51,616 nucleotides of DNA from assembly GCA_029717555.1 (NCBI GenBank), contig JAMDHS010000120.1, positions 1 through 51,616 of the forward strand. The letters are read 5' to 3'. The position numbers and the translations under genes were made by a program. Below are positions 1 to 12,417 of this stretch, piece after piece (position 1 is the stretch's first letter; each line of letters opens with the position of its first letter). The stretch comes from Peribolospora baueri (Eukaryota). A model generated the notes under the pieces. That model had not been told where the DNA came from and did no database searches. It was given only the letters and a program-made list of their open reading frames with translations.

Positions 1-50
1 TGCTTCTCCCCCCCCCCCCCCCCGGCGGCCTCCATCATCTCTGTCCGCAG

Positions 51-1449
51 CGATGGGGATCATCACAGTCATCTATGGCATCTGCGTTGTCTTCTGGGGA
101 AGCGCCATCGTGCTTTTTCTGCTCAGATGGATCAACCTGCACAATAAGCACGAACAGGATGTAAGGGCGCGCTTTCTGCAGTCTCGTTTCGTCTCCATTC
201 GATTCGGCGCTGCCTCTTCCGTTTCATTGCCTCTTCGTCGATCGACTCGGCCCTTTCTCTCCCTTTTCTGCCGTGCGCCCGGCATCTCTGGCTCGACAGT
301 GGATCGAAATCTCTTGCCAAGTTGTCAACGGCCTGTTCACCGTCACTGGCGTCGGTTTGATCCCTTGGCGAGCCATGGATACATACTGTGAGCGGACGGA
401 CTAGCATCCCGTCGTGCGTTGTCTTACCTTCTCCGCTCATTGCAAACTCTGTTTCTTTGCTCGCTTTCCTCTTGCCCATCCTCTACATCAGACATCATCC
501 GCATAGTACACTATCAACACTTATCCTGGCGACTTCGTCGCGAGCGCCAGCTCCCTAAACTCGAGGACCCTAACGACCTCCCGAGGACGGAAGAGGACAT
601 GATGGACGAGTAGTACAAGAAGGTGGAGGTGCTTAGCCCAAGGCAGCAGGCGACGCTGTTGGACATTCAAAAGAAGTTTAAGAACAGTCAAAGTTGGTAT
701 CGGGCGATGAGACTAGTACGCATAGAGTGAGTCGAACCTTTCATGATTAGATCGCCGGAGCGTCGGAGAGTGAATACATTGCGCGGATATATTGAGCTCT
801 GTCCGTCCATTTTGCGTGCCTTGTTGGAACCTGTTCGCTTGTCTATCGCCTCCCTTCACTCACGACGCTGTGTCTGCTGTCTTGCCTGCTCATCTACTCC
901 CTCTAATCGCTTTTGTAGGCCTTCCCCATCTCATACGCTCTCGCCATTCGCCTTCTCACCGATGGAAACTCATTCTTCCAGTGAGTGTTTGTTCATCGTA
1001 TCCAAGATAGCGATCCAAACCTGCATACGGGACTTCGGCTCCGTTAACATTTCTTCTTGCACCCATTTTTGCAACCTGGTTCTGCCCTCAACCCCCTATT
1101 ATCTGATTTTCCTCTTGCCTCAACCACCATCAGGTGCATTCTCTGTGGAGTGATGTGGGGCCTTCGCTACTATAATCGGCCTGCCTGGACGACAGGCAGC
1201 CTCATCCCTCTCTCCTTCCTCTGCGGGATCGGAGCGGCCGTGCTTATTTGGAAGGGAGGGGAGAAGACTAAGAAAAAGGAGGAGGTTGAGCAGATGTTGC
1301 TCGACGCGTTCGATGCTGATCAGATGGAGCAGCAGCACCGACGGCAACAAGAGCAGGAGGGAGAAGGCGCGAGTTCGAACGGGACTGAAGGACGCGATTG
1401 CGGCGACAAAGCGGCCGACGATGGTCGACAAGAGAAGGGTAAACGATGA
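51..1449 (+). pseudogene. DUF2985-family fungal integral membrane protein, 5'-truncated by the window edge; carries an in-frame TAG and a 1-nt frameshift (pseudogene or sequence error)
   Basis: Spliced reading PMGIITVIYGICVVFWGSAIVLFLL / WIEISCQVVNGLFTVTGVGLIPWR / LEDPNDLP / SQSWYR..ETSTHR / AFPISYAL..DGNSFFQ / CILCGVMWG..RPAWTTGSLIPLSFLCGIGAAVLIWKGG matches the family pattern as I recall it. GT-AG introns at about 160-299, 389-490, 727-918 and 981-1132. TAG at 611-613; frame slip at about 704-708. Confidence 0.75.
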
Positions 1450-1971
1450 ATGAATGCGTATTGTGGGAGCCACCCACCCTTCTCCCGCGCTGCGCGACGC
1501 ACGGACGAGCGACTGCTTTCTGCTTAGCCGTCTTCCATCTTTTCACCACCTTCGCATCGTCCTCACCCCTTACGTTCCTTGCCCGCGCGCTTTCTTTCCA
1601 AACCGCTCACTGCCGGCGTCTACATGGTGTCGCGTAGCTGCAGATTATAGAGGGACATTTCCTGCTAGCTTCTGTTCTGGATGTAGGGCTTTTTCTCGTG
1701 TTTCGTTCTTGCCTTTTGTATGCTTATAGTAGTCGGACGCTTCTTGGATGTCTATGGAATAGACAATGGCTCACGTCGGGCCCCCGCTCGTCACACCTCC
1801 ATCTTATCTGCCGCAGCGAGAAGGTACGATCGAAATGAATTACCTGTTCGCGCTGGGTTGCGCATGGCCGGCGACGCCGACGACTGAACATTCCATCTCC
1901 TCGTCCTGACGCCAGCCGTCATCCTCGCTCCTCTCCTCGCTCTTGCGTGCCCTCGCCCGCCGAATCTCATC

Positions 1972-4900
1972 ATGGCGGGCGAAGCACACCCGGCCCCGCT
2001 CCGGCACCTCCCTCTGCTTCTCAATACGCTCGTCTCTCTCCTCCTCCTGCGGGCTATCTCTCGTTCTTTTCTCGAGACCCAGTCACTTTTGTCACAAGAG
2101 AAAGGATGTAGGATGAGTTGGATGAGCCCCAGCTACGTGAGGCAGGTGTACTTTGATCACAGGTGGACGAGATTGAGCGGAAAGTATAGCCTCTGGCTGT
2201 ACAGGGAGGTGGGATACGATAGAGGGCAGGAGGTGAGTGGAGACGTCGGACGGAGCTCGACGCTCCATTCGGCTTCTTCGTCGACCACACTGAACGACTC
2301 CGATTTGTATTTTGGGTCACAGCCCACAGGAACACCGGCCCTCTTCATCCCCGGCAACGCGGGCTCGTATGCCCAAGTACGATCCATTGCCTCGTCCTCT
2401 GCGCGGCAATTCTACAGCTTACATGACGGCAGGCAAGAGATCGCCAACCCAGCTATCGTAGCGAAAGGAGTCAAGAATGTTGATTGGTTTACCGGTTCGT
2501 GACGGGTCCCTTTCTCGTGGAGTACAGTCCGTGGTCAAGAGCGTGGATCCGACCTTTCCTCCGTCGTCTTTCTGATCGTCGCTCTTTCTTCTCTTGCGAA
2601 CGAACGATCAGTTGACTTCAATGAGGACTTCTCCGCTTTTCATGGCCCAACGCTTCAGGAGCAAGCCGAGTACCTGAACGATGCTATACGCTATGTCCGT
2701 TCGCTCTACCCGTCCTCATCGAACCTCACCGTCCCATTGGTGGGCCACTCCATGGGCGGACTTGTGGCGAGGCTCATGCCCCTTTCGACCAATTACGAGC
2801 CAGGGAGCGTGAGTTCAATTGTCACGCTCAGCACGCCGCACGTCGTGCCCCCAGTGCCGTTCGATAGGCGCATAGAGCGCATCTATTCCACTGTCAACCG
2901 TGCTTGGCAGAGTTTGGCCAAATCCGACCCCGCCGAAGAGCAGGGAGCGGCACCGCATCCCTTGAAGAACACGTTGCTAGTGAGCATTGCTGGCGGAGCG
3001 TCTGACACGCAAATCAACTCAGATCCTACGACGCTCTACACGATTGCGCCGGCGTCGCACTCGCTCAGCTTGTTCACAACCAACATTCCGAGGCTATGGA
3101 GCTGCGTGGATCACCTTGCGATGGCGTGGTGCGATCAGCTCAGGGAGAGGGTCGCGAGAGGCGTTTTGGAGGGACAGGCTTGGGGGCCCGGTGGGGTCGG
3201 CGTCAGTGGAAGGACGGGAGAGGAATTGCTGCGGAGGCGAAGAGAAGGATGGCGGAGACTATTGCTCGCAGGCGTGGGGGACAAGCTGGAAGACTCGGAC
3301 AGGGATCGGAAACACGAAGGCATTCAAACCGTCCACGTCGACGGGGACACGGTGACGGTACCATTCAAAAGTCAGTTCTCTTGGCCTTCTCCTTCGCATG
3401 CCGCTCCAGACCCCTCAAAGTCGTATGTCTTCCCGTTTGACGCGAGTCGGCCCGCCCACTTCACCCTGTTGACCAACGTTAACATTGAAGAGCCGAGCGA
3501 CTTGCTCGTTCAACTTTGCGCGTCGGTGCACAAGCCGACCGCTTCACCTTCAGTCGATGGCCCGCAGCTGACCAACAATCAAGAAGTGCTCGAGTGTCAA
3601 CGCGTTTCTCCACACACTTTCACTGTCCTCCCACCCACTCGCTCAGACGCTAGCAGAATGCGGCCTTTTCCATCGCCCGATGAACACTACATTGGACGCG
3701 AGGTGGACCGATGGCTGGACCTATCATTGGAGGACGTGCTTCGCGGCCGCACAGATAAGAACGCCACAACCTTTGTACGCGTCAAGTTCCTGCAGGGGAT
3801 TGAAGGAATGATCGGTTCCTTTGTTAGGGCTGGTTGGACGCTGGAGGAGGAGAGGAGGACAGTCGTATCTGCAAGCAAGCTCGGTGAGTCTCTCGGCCCA
3901 TCGAAAATTTTCCGCCTGGAGCCAATGATTGTAACCATCCTTCTGGAATCGCCTTGCGTTTGCTACTCTGTCCACCAAAGGTATGGCCATACGTGGAGTG
4001 AGTCTCACGCCAACAATGGCAGGCAAGTCTTCCGTCTTCACGGAATTCGAGGTACCAGCGATGGACAGCTCTCTCTTGGCGTACAACCTCCACATCGAGC
4101 GGTCCTCCTGCGGTCTCGACCACAGAGCCTTCCGTTCCCTCCTGCGCCACTTCACCCCTTCGACGAACGACGCACGCTACTTCCCGCTCTTCGACAACAC
4201 CGACGTCGAGGACATCCCCATCGGCTTTCACGCTTCCTCGCCTTTCTTGCCTCGTCGCTCGTCCATGTGGTCAGACAACGCCCTCCGGTTACAGGTGTGG
4301 AGGCACCCAGACGCAGATCCTTTATGCGTCCCAGAATTCGATAAGGCGGAAATCCGAATAAATTGGTTCGCTACTGCAGGGAGGATGGTAATGCGTTATA
4401 GGATCGCGGGCGTGGCGCTGCCTATCGCCATAGTCGGTTTGACGGCGAGGAAGCAGTGGGCGGAGTTTGGAAGTACCGGTACGTGTGTGTCTCCCTCGTC
4501 TCATCAGTCCTTCGAGCTAGAGCACTCCGAATGGTTTAGAGGTAGGCGCGATTGATCTTCCTGATATCTGTTGCACTGGTGGACCTCGTCGCTCCCCACA
4601 GGCCATTTTCCTCCCTTTTTCGGAGCCTTGTCGGCCGTCGCACGCGAGACGCTACCGCTCTTCCTTGCAGCGAGCTCCGTGCTCCCCATCCTGCAAGCCT
4701 GGCTTCTCTCCGGACCCCTTTCGGACCGATCCTCCACTTCGCTCACTTCAAGTATATTTGAAGACATGCTGCTTGGCAACGACGACGCCTTCTTCTGGTG
4801 GCTCGTCCCACTTGGCGTTCTCCTCGCCGTCGGCATCGTCGCATGCGTGGGAGCGGCGTTGGAGGCCTTGGTGTGGTGCGCAGCGCGGTTAATGAGGCTC

Positions 4901-5851
4901 GTTCGCGCTGTCGGATGGTGAGATGTGTTCGCTCAATTGTCCGCTCGTCCCCTGACGTTGTTATCGTCGTCCTTCGCTCACTACCTCACCTATCCCCTCA
5001 TTACTCAGGCCAAGAGATAGCGTCGACCTCCGCCGCCCGCAGCAGTGGGCATCGATGGCGCTGCTCTTCCTCCTCGTAGCCACGTATCTCCCCTATCAAT
5101 TTGCCTTCCTCTCCGCATTCCTCCTCCACCTCGTCACCTGCGCCCGCTCGAGCCCTGCCAAATATTCTCTCTCCCCATCGCCTTCCTCCACTCCTGCACA
5201 TCCTTGTTCACCCTTCGCCGTCCGCCAAGCGACGAACCGCGCGCATTACCACGCCTCTCTCCTTCATCTCATGCTCTGGCTTCTTCCAATTGTGGCACCA
5301 GTATTAGTGGTCTGGGTCCGAAACCTCATGGTCAACTGGAGAGAGCCATTCTCATCGGATCACAACGTGCTGCAGATTGCTCCCGTGCTTTTGCTCATTC
5401 ACTTGACTGGCGCCGGGAGAGGACCCGTGCGGCTCTCTGGACTGTGAGTATCCCTCTAGTCTCCCACGTCTTCTTTCCGTCAGTTCGTATGCCCTTCTGG
5501 ACGTACGATGGACGTGAGCATACCGTGTGCGAGACCCCAGAGTTGACCACAACTTCTGTGCGCCCCAACTTCACCTTCTCTCTTGGCAGACGAACGATGA
5601 ATTTGGCCCTGACTGGCCTTCTCTTGGCCATCTCCCTCTTTGCCCTCCTCTTTGGCGTCCGGCACACTTACCTCCTTTACTACCTTGTCAACCTCTTCTT
5701 TTCGCTCCTCATCTTCTCCCATTGGAGAGGTTCGCCTTCTTCGTCCTCGACCTTCTCATATGCGGGCCTGGCGGGTGAGGAAGACGACGACTCAGAAGGG
5801 CCAGCGGCAGGTGCGGCTGGGGATGGGGTTGTGGACGAGGAGCTGAAATGA
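1972..5851 (+). CDS. BST1: GPI inositol-deacylase (PGAP1/Bst1 family), multi-exon
   Basis: CRMSWMSPSY, LFIPGNAGSYAQVRSIAS, DFNEDFSAFHGPTL-EQAEY, lipase nucleophile motif VGHSMGG, TLSTPH, VDHLAMAWCDQ, and multiple C-terminal TM segments (PYQFAF, WVRNL, PFSSDHN). Confidence 0.93.
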
Positions 5852-6394
5852 GGATGGACTCGAGATTATGGACGGCGTGACATTAGAAGATGCGCTATCG
5901 TTTTTGTTTGGTCCGAGTGCAAATTCAAGGTCGCTGATAGTGCCCCCGGATATGCCTTGTCGTCCCCGCCCTATCTATCTCGCTTCTTTTGACCGAACGC
6001 CATCGTCGTCGAGCCGTCTTCGGAAGGGATTCCTGTCAAGAGTTTCCAGTCCCAGAGACCACATCCCGGCTTCATGCGCCTGCGATTTCTTGAGAAGATC
6101 TTATTATTGTCTCTCAAGGTCTCTCATGAAAATGAAGGCACCGCTTGCTCGCCACGTGGCCTCCCACCCTCCGCCGCGTGGCTTCGATCGCAGCGCGACG
6201 TTGCGCGACTGCGTCGACAGCGGAGAAGAACGTCGTCGTTAACTCCACCACGCTCGACGACCGCTTCATACCCTCGGCTGGTTTGATCACCTTCCGATAC
6301 CCAACGAAGCCATCGTCTACTCCAGTCTTCCGGCCAACTCATATAACCATCGCAGCCGGCACGTAATCCCAGAGCACTCGCGCACGAGGATACC

Positions 6395-9300
6395 ATGTCC
6401 TCAACGGCCGTTGGCGGGCCTCGCCATCCGCCCTCCCCCTCGGCCTCCGTCGGCAGCGTCAAAAGCCGCGCCGCCTTCTTTGAGAATGTGGCCGTCTCTA
6501 CCTCTCCCTCCTCCTCCGCGTCTCCTGCCGTCGTTGCTGGCCCTGGTCCGGCGGGCTTTGCGTCGTCGAGGTCCATGTCTAATGCTAGTATTCGGAGCAG
6601 CGAGTCAGGCCAACCCGGAGGCGAAGGTGGAGAGCGAGGTGACGGAGGAGAGCAGGAACCATACCAGCGCACTCGCGCCGATCACCGACTGTCGCTCAAC
6701 AGTGTAGGCAGTAACGTTTCCGGATCTGGCAGCTCTCGCGTGCCGCCGACGGCGGTCACTCCTGTCTTTCCTCGTCGGTCCAGCATCCCTACGGGGCCCA
6801 CTCATCGGCAGAGCTTTATACCCATGCCTACCTCGTCTGGAACGGTCTTCTCCGCGAGGAGAGACAGCGTCGACTCGCCTACGACGCCCAAGCCTGCTGG
6901 TAACGGCAAGGCCACCGGAATCACGGAAAGGCAGCCGCAAGTGCCGCGCTCCGCTTCTCCTTCCGGCTCGACGGGCACCGAGAAGGATCTCAACTTGGCC
7001 GAAATGAAAAACATGAGTGGGACTTCTCATCCCAGTGGCGGTGCGCACGTCGCCCGTTCGGTTTCCGTCGGCGGCGGAAGGGTGAACAGTATGGTAGGCG
7101 CCTTGAACCGTCGTGTCACATCGGACTCGGTCTCTGTAGCCCTCTCTGCCTCTTCAAAGGAAAGAGAAGGCAAAGGAAAACCCCTTTCGATGGACTTTGG
7201 GAGCAACAAGGGCGGGAGGGGATCGGGTTCCGTAGTGGGGATCGGATTGCCAGGTATTCAGGATGAGGGGATGGGAGACGATGATGATGTCTTTGATGAA
7301 ATGACGGAGATTGAGGCAGAGGACGTGGATGAGGATGTGAGTGTCTTCTGCCTTGCTTGGCCCTGTGCTTTCTCGGCCATTTCTGCGGACCGAGCTGAGC
7401 ATTCATCTTTCCTCCCCTTTCCCTGTCCGTTCGGCTGGCGCCTCCGCACACTCCTTCTCGCCGTAGGTCCAAGCGGCCTTGACGACGGTCCGCTCAACCT
7501 ACTCCTCCCGCCTAACGAAATACAAGCGCCTCTTAGAGGCCACTCAAGTCAACTACGCAAGCCAGCTTCATGCGCTCCAGGCTGAGAACAGGGAACTCAA
7601 GGCTGCGAGGGGCAAGGAGAGACGGGAGTGGGAGGAGAGAATGGCGAGGATGACTGGGTTGGAGGGCGTGGAGAAGGGGAGAGTCGGGAGGAGGGTGGTG
7701 AGTTCTCGTCCATGTTTAGACGAAGGAGGACGCGCAAGTGTGTGTACATGCGTGACATCCCTGCCGACCGTTCTTCCTTTTTATCTGGCCCCGGTAGTCC
7801 CTCCTTTCCAGCTCAAGTTCAGGAGACGTTTCAAGCGCTGTGCCCCTCTTTGATGCCTCCGTGCTTACGCTCCGCAATGGTACTTTCGACGAGGCAGCCA
7901 TAAAAACCCAGGTGCGCAAGCTCGGTCCGGGAGCGAGATTGAAACTGTGAGTGGAAGGACCCACTTTCTTCTGTGAATGCGGTGTCCTCCCCTTCCATCT
8001 TCGAACCGTTCCTCTACGCTTCGCCCCAAATTCGCTCACCTCAGTAAATTCCTTCTCTCTTCCTGATTAGCGTCCACATCATCCTGGATGCCTGCATGCC
8101 CGGCGACATCCCTGCCATGCAAGCCCTCCTCTCTCGCTATGTCCGCTCCACTTTCGATATCATCGGAAACATGCCCGACGATGTGGCCGCAAAGGTGCTC
8201 GAGAGGCTCGAGGTTCGAGAGTTGCTCAAATGTCGGCTGGTGAGCTAGCGAAGTATTTTGGTTTCGTCGTCGGTAGTTCGGATTTACGCTCCTTCCGAAA
8301 GTTGGCCGACCATCCCTCCTGTCTCACGCGGTCTCCCTTTCAGGTCTCCCAAAAGTGGAAGGTTTTAACGCAAAATCCCTCGATCTGGCGCTCATACTGC
8401 CTCTCCCTCACCGCTACTGACCCAGTGCCCTGCCCCTCGCCAGCCTCGCCACAAGGCTGGGAACCACTGTACCGAGGTCTGTACTACCGCGAGAGAAACT
8501 GGTCCCGCGGCCTTGCTCAGCGCATAGACCTTCTCAACGGCCATACCAACTTCGTCACGAGCATGCAGCTCAAAGATAATCACACACTCGTAACCGGCAG
8601 CTATGACGAGAGCATCAGGCTGTGGGACTTGAGGACGTTGGAGTGCAGGAAAGTGCTCAAAGCGAAAGCTATTTCTTGCCTTGATTTCTTACCCGAAGGT
8701 GAGCGAACGATGCGGTCCTGCTTTACGGCTTGCTTCGTTTCTTTTTCCTTCCGCACTCGTCTGAGTCCTGGCTCAATGACATTGTATTCGGCCACGTGTC
8801 TGCCTACGGCGGCGATTCCTGCTTCCTTGCAGCTGGCGTCCTCTGTGCCGGGTTATATGACAGCGGCCGGGTGATGGTCTGGTCCAGCAAGAACTGGCAG
8901 CTGCTTAATACGCTTTCAGGACATAATCGTGGCATCCGATCTGTCGCCATTAACAGACATTACCTTGTTTCTGTTGGGCAGGTGAGTGAATCGTCGTGGG
9001 AACAAAGACCTTTTGCGTGTGGCGTCAGCCTTGACTTGAACTCACGCGTCCAACTTCCCGCCCCCCCCCCTCCCATTTGTTTACTGGCTGCCACTGATCG
9101 TACAGGACAAAGCCATCGTCGCGTGGGATTGGCAGCGTGGAACCAAAGTCGTACGTTTCGGCCAGCAAACCAATCTGAGCTTGGGCGTCAGCATCGTGGA
9201 CCGGGATAAGATCGTGGCCGTCACCGTCGATGGCGTCATTCGTACCTTTAGCATCGCCAAACGGGCCATGATTGGCGAGTATCGACTCACGAAGTTTGGG

Positions 9301-11107
9301 GGCGACGATCGATTCCTGTCGTCGAAGCTCGAGGGCATAGGGACCAGCTCGACGATGCTGCAGTGAGTCGCGTTACGTGGCCACGTAATCATGGATCGCA
9401 TCGATACTCATGAGGAGCTCTGTACCTGCTCAGATGGTTCGCTGCACACTCGAACACGATGACCGTTGCGTCCAAGAACCTCGTCGTCCACCTCGAATGG
9501 CAGGAAACTGTCGTGCCTGAAGACGAAGGCGCTCCGACGGCCGGGAGGGAGAAATCGGGAACGAAGGGCCTGGCGGAGAGGCAGGCATCGCGTTCCGGGA
9601 CGCCTGTCGGTCGTCGTACGTCCACGGGCCGACCGACGTCGATGGTCGCTCCTTCCAGTACTCCCCCTGCTCGGAGTCGTACCCTCAGCACGGCCTCGTC
9701 GGCGTCAGCACGCTCGAGTATCGTCCGGTCTACCACTATGACCCGCGAAGGCAGCATCAAGGGCAGCACCGGTAGTCCTCGCGTATCCAGCTTTGCTGAG
9801 TCGCCTGGCGGTCCTCTGAATCAAGGCCAGCAGCAGCGGAGCGATGTTGGCGGTGGGGACGCACCGCTGAGCCCCTCAGCCTCCATATCCGCTCTGCCGA
9901 GTCCGGGCCTTCCGCGGACGCGTATCGCGCCAAACCTGGCGCAGCCTCCTAAGCTCGTGAGCCTTCTCCAAACGCCGGACATGGCCACGGGTTGCACTGA
10001 TTCGGGTAAGCGAAGGGTGGTAAGCGCTACGAGATTCTCCAGTAGGACGGGCGCCGATCGGAGGCTGTTTTGCAGCACGTTCGATATCGAGGTTGAATCG
10101 AGGAGAAGAAGTGGTGGTGGTGCCAACTCGAGTGGTCATGGAGACGGTGCGGAGGCTGGCGAGGATGAGAGTGGCACCGGAGAAGGAGGCGCGGAGCGAA
10201 CCGGTGACGAAAATGATAACCATGAGAGCGTCGTTCCCGTTCGTGGTGCATGGAGGGCCATGGCGGGCCAGCTGGCGGTGCCCACGAAAAACCCGATGGC
10301 AATGGTTTTGGATCATGAGAAGGTGAGCTTCTTCGAGGTGGTGCGGATGAGCGGACAAAAGCGCGAACCACTCGATCTAATCCGCTATTCCATGCGCTCT
10401 TTGCCCATTATGATTGTTCGTAGGTCATCGTCGGCTGCGCCGATGGAACGGTGTACAGCATGAACTTTGTTGGCGATACGTACGGCCCCAAAGACGACTT
10501 TTCGGAATCGGAGGAGGGGGACGAGGCGGTGGGGGACGTGTCCCTGGATCCGAACGAGGTATCGCGCGACCTGCCTCCGCCGGCTTCGGTCACGGGCTCT
10601 GATGAAGAAGATGTTGACGAAGAGGAGGCGGCAGAAGACGCTGACTACCTCGACGACCTGCCCGAAGGCTACAGCGCGGACGGCAACGATGCCGTGATCG
10701 AAGCGCTAATGCTCGCAAAGCGGGCCGAGGAGCATTCCGCGGCTGACGACGGCTCGAGCGTTCAAGGCTCGCCGAGGAGCGTGACGGGGGCGGCGAGGCG
10801 CAAGAAGTCGGCGGCGACGTCTGGCCTTCTAACGCCCACCAAGTCGACCCTGCGACGTTCGTCCACGCCCAGCGGCACCGGCGGTTTAACCTTGCCGACG
10901 AGCCCCAGTCCGAGCTCCGCTGGCTCTCGACCGGGTGGTGAAAGATCGGATTTGACATCCAGCGTCGGCACCCGTTCGTCCGTCTCTCCTTCGCTGTCGC
11001 CCAACGCGGCTCGGTCGCCTAACGCGCGCACGATCCGGGGGGCTAGTCCAAGCGTAAAGGTGACCGCGTCAACGCCGCTACGGACTAGGAAACAGAGTGG
11101 CGCCTGA
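6395..11107 (+). CDS. F-box and WD40-repeat protein with low-complexity termini, multi-exon
   Basis: Coiled coil (KYKRLLEATQVNYASQLHALQAENREL). F-box DIIGNMPDDVAAKVLERLEVRELLKCRL/VSQKWKVLTQNPSIW. WD repeats LNGHTNFVTS..LVTGSYDESIRLWD and LSGHNRGIRSVA..LVSVGQDKAIVAWDW. Confidence 0.85.
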
Positions 11108-11640
11108 GCCCCCGGGGGGGGATAGTTTTTTCGTTCGTTTTCTCGTTCATCCTTCCAGGCAGGCAAGGCAGGTCCCAGTTTCCCACCTCGTCCGTCCTCA
11201 TTCAACTCTTTTCTTTTCCCTGTCGCATATCTTTCCCTCGGCGGACCGGAGTTATATCCCTCCCCTTCCCTCCCCTTCTCTGAGCAATGCAATTCTTCCG
11301 TCCCCTTTGCGAAAAATCCATGTGGAACCGAAAAGAAGCGAGCGAGGACGAGTGGGGTAAGCTAAGGGTCGAAAAGCGGAAATCCAGCCGAAGAAAGCTG
11401 CCCGGCTGGGCCGACATCACGTCACATCACATCATATCGCGCGCGCGCGCCAAGGAGGAAGAAAAGGAGGAGGAGGCGGAGGGGGGATCGGTTCGGATCG
11501 GTTCGGTTCGGATGGATGGATGGACGGTCCGGCTTGCCCTTCCTCGCCCTCGCCCTCGCCCCGCCCTGCCGGCCGGCCATACCTATATAGACGCCGCCGC
11601 TCGCTCTTGGCCCGCCTACGAGGAGCCAGCCATCCAGCCA

Positions 11641-11668
11641 GCAAGCAAGCAAGCAAGCAAGCAAGCAA
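11641..11668. repeat. (GCAA)n microsatellite
   Basis: About 7 tandem GCAA units, in the gap between convergent genes. Confidence 0.9.
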
Positions 11669-12417
11669 GGCGGGCGGGGCGAGCCTCTTCCGTTCCGAGC
11701 CGAGGCGATACGAGTAAAGCCAGTGGGAACTTTGATATGGATAGATGGGAAGGGATGGGATGAACAGCTCGGCTCGTTCGGCAGTCGTGATTTGCATTCG
11801 TTCGTTCGTTGCGGAAAGAAAAAAGAAAACGCTTCCTCTCCGCCTCCGCTGGATGTACGAGGACGAGGGGTGGAGAGGAACAAGGCGTAGGCAGGGGGGA
11901 AAGCAAAGGAAGCGACGGAGCTGGAGACTGAGAACTGACCAAGACGAAAGAGAAGAAAAGATGATATGCGTACAGGGATGGAGAGAAGAGAGAAGGAGAC
12001 GGACGGAACGGTGCCGGTGACGAGGTGACGGACGAACGAAGAGCGGTGAAGAAACCGTAACGCGAGAAGGGAGAGGGCTCGACCAAACAAGACACACAAA
12101 CCAACACCCAAACACGGCGGAGCAGGACGAAGAAAAAAAAAGGGGCGCAGAAAAATGACAAGACGGGGACAAAGATGCGACGTACGGCCGGCCGACAACC
12201 ACCCAACTCGCTGCCCGCGCGTTCGTGTTTGTTTGAACGGGCCGAGGGCCGTCTATGGTGGTGGCGAGGCGGGGCGAAGGGGTGTGTCCGGTCGTCATTC
12301 GAGTGGCGCGGCGCGGCGGTGGGAAGGACGAATGCGCACAGGCGAACGATGCGATGGAGATGTGCGGGGAACGGACGGACGGACGGACGGGCGGACGGCG
12401 ATGCTGTGCAACTCGAA

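Noticed and set aside
8..23. Poly-C run at the window start as a telomere or regulatory element
   Set aside because: Lies in the pyrimidine-rich 3' part of an intron ending CCGCAG at 50; not a telomeric repeat
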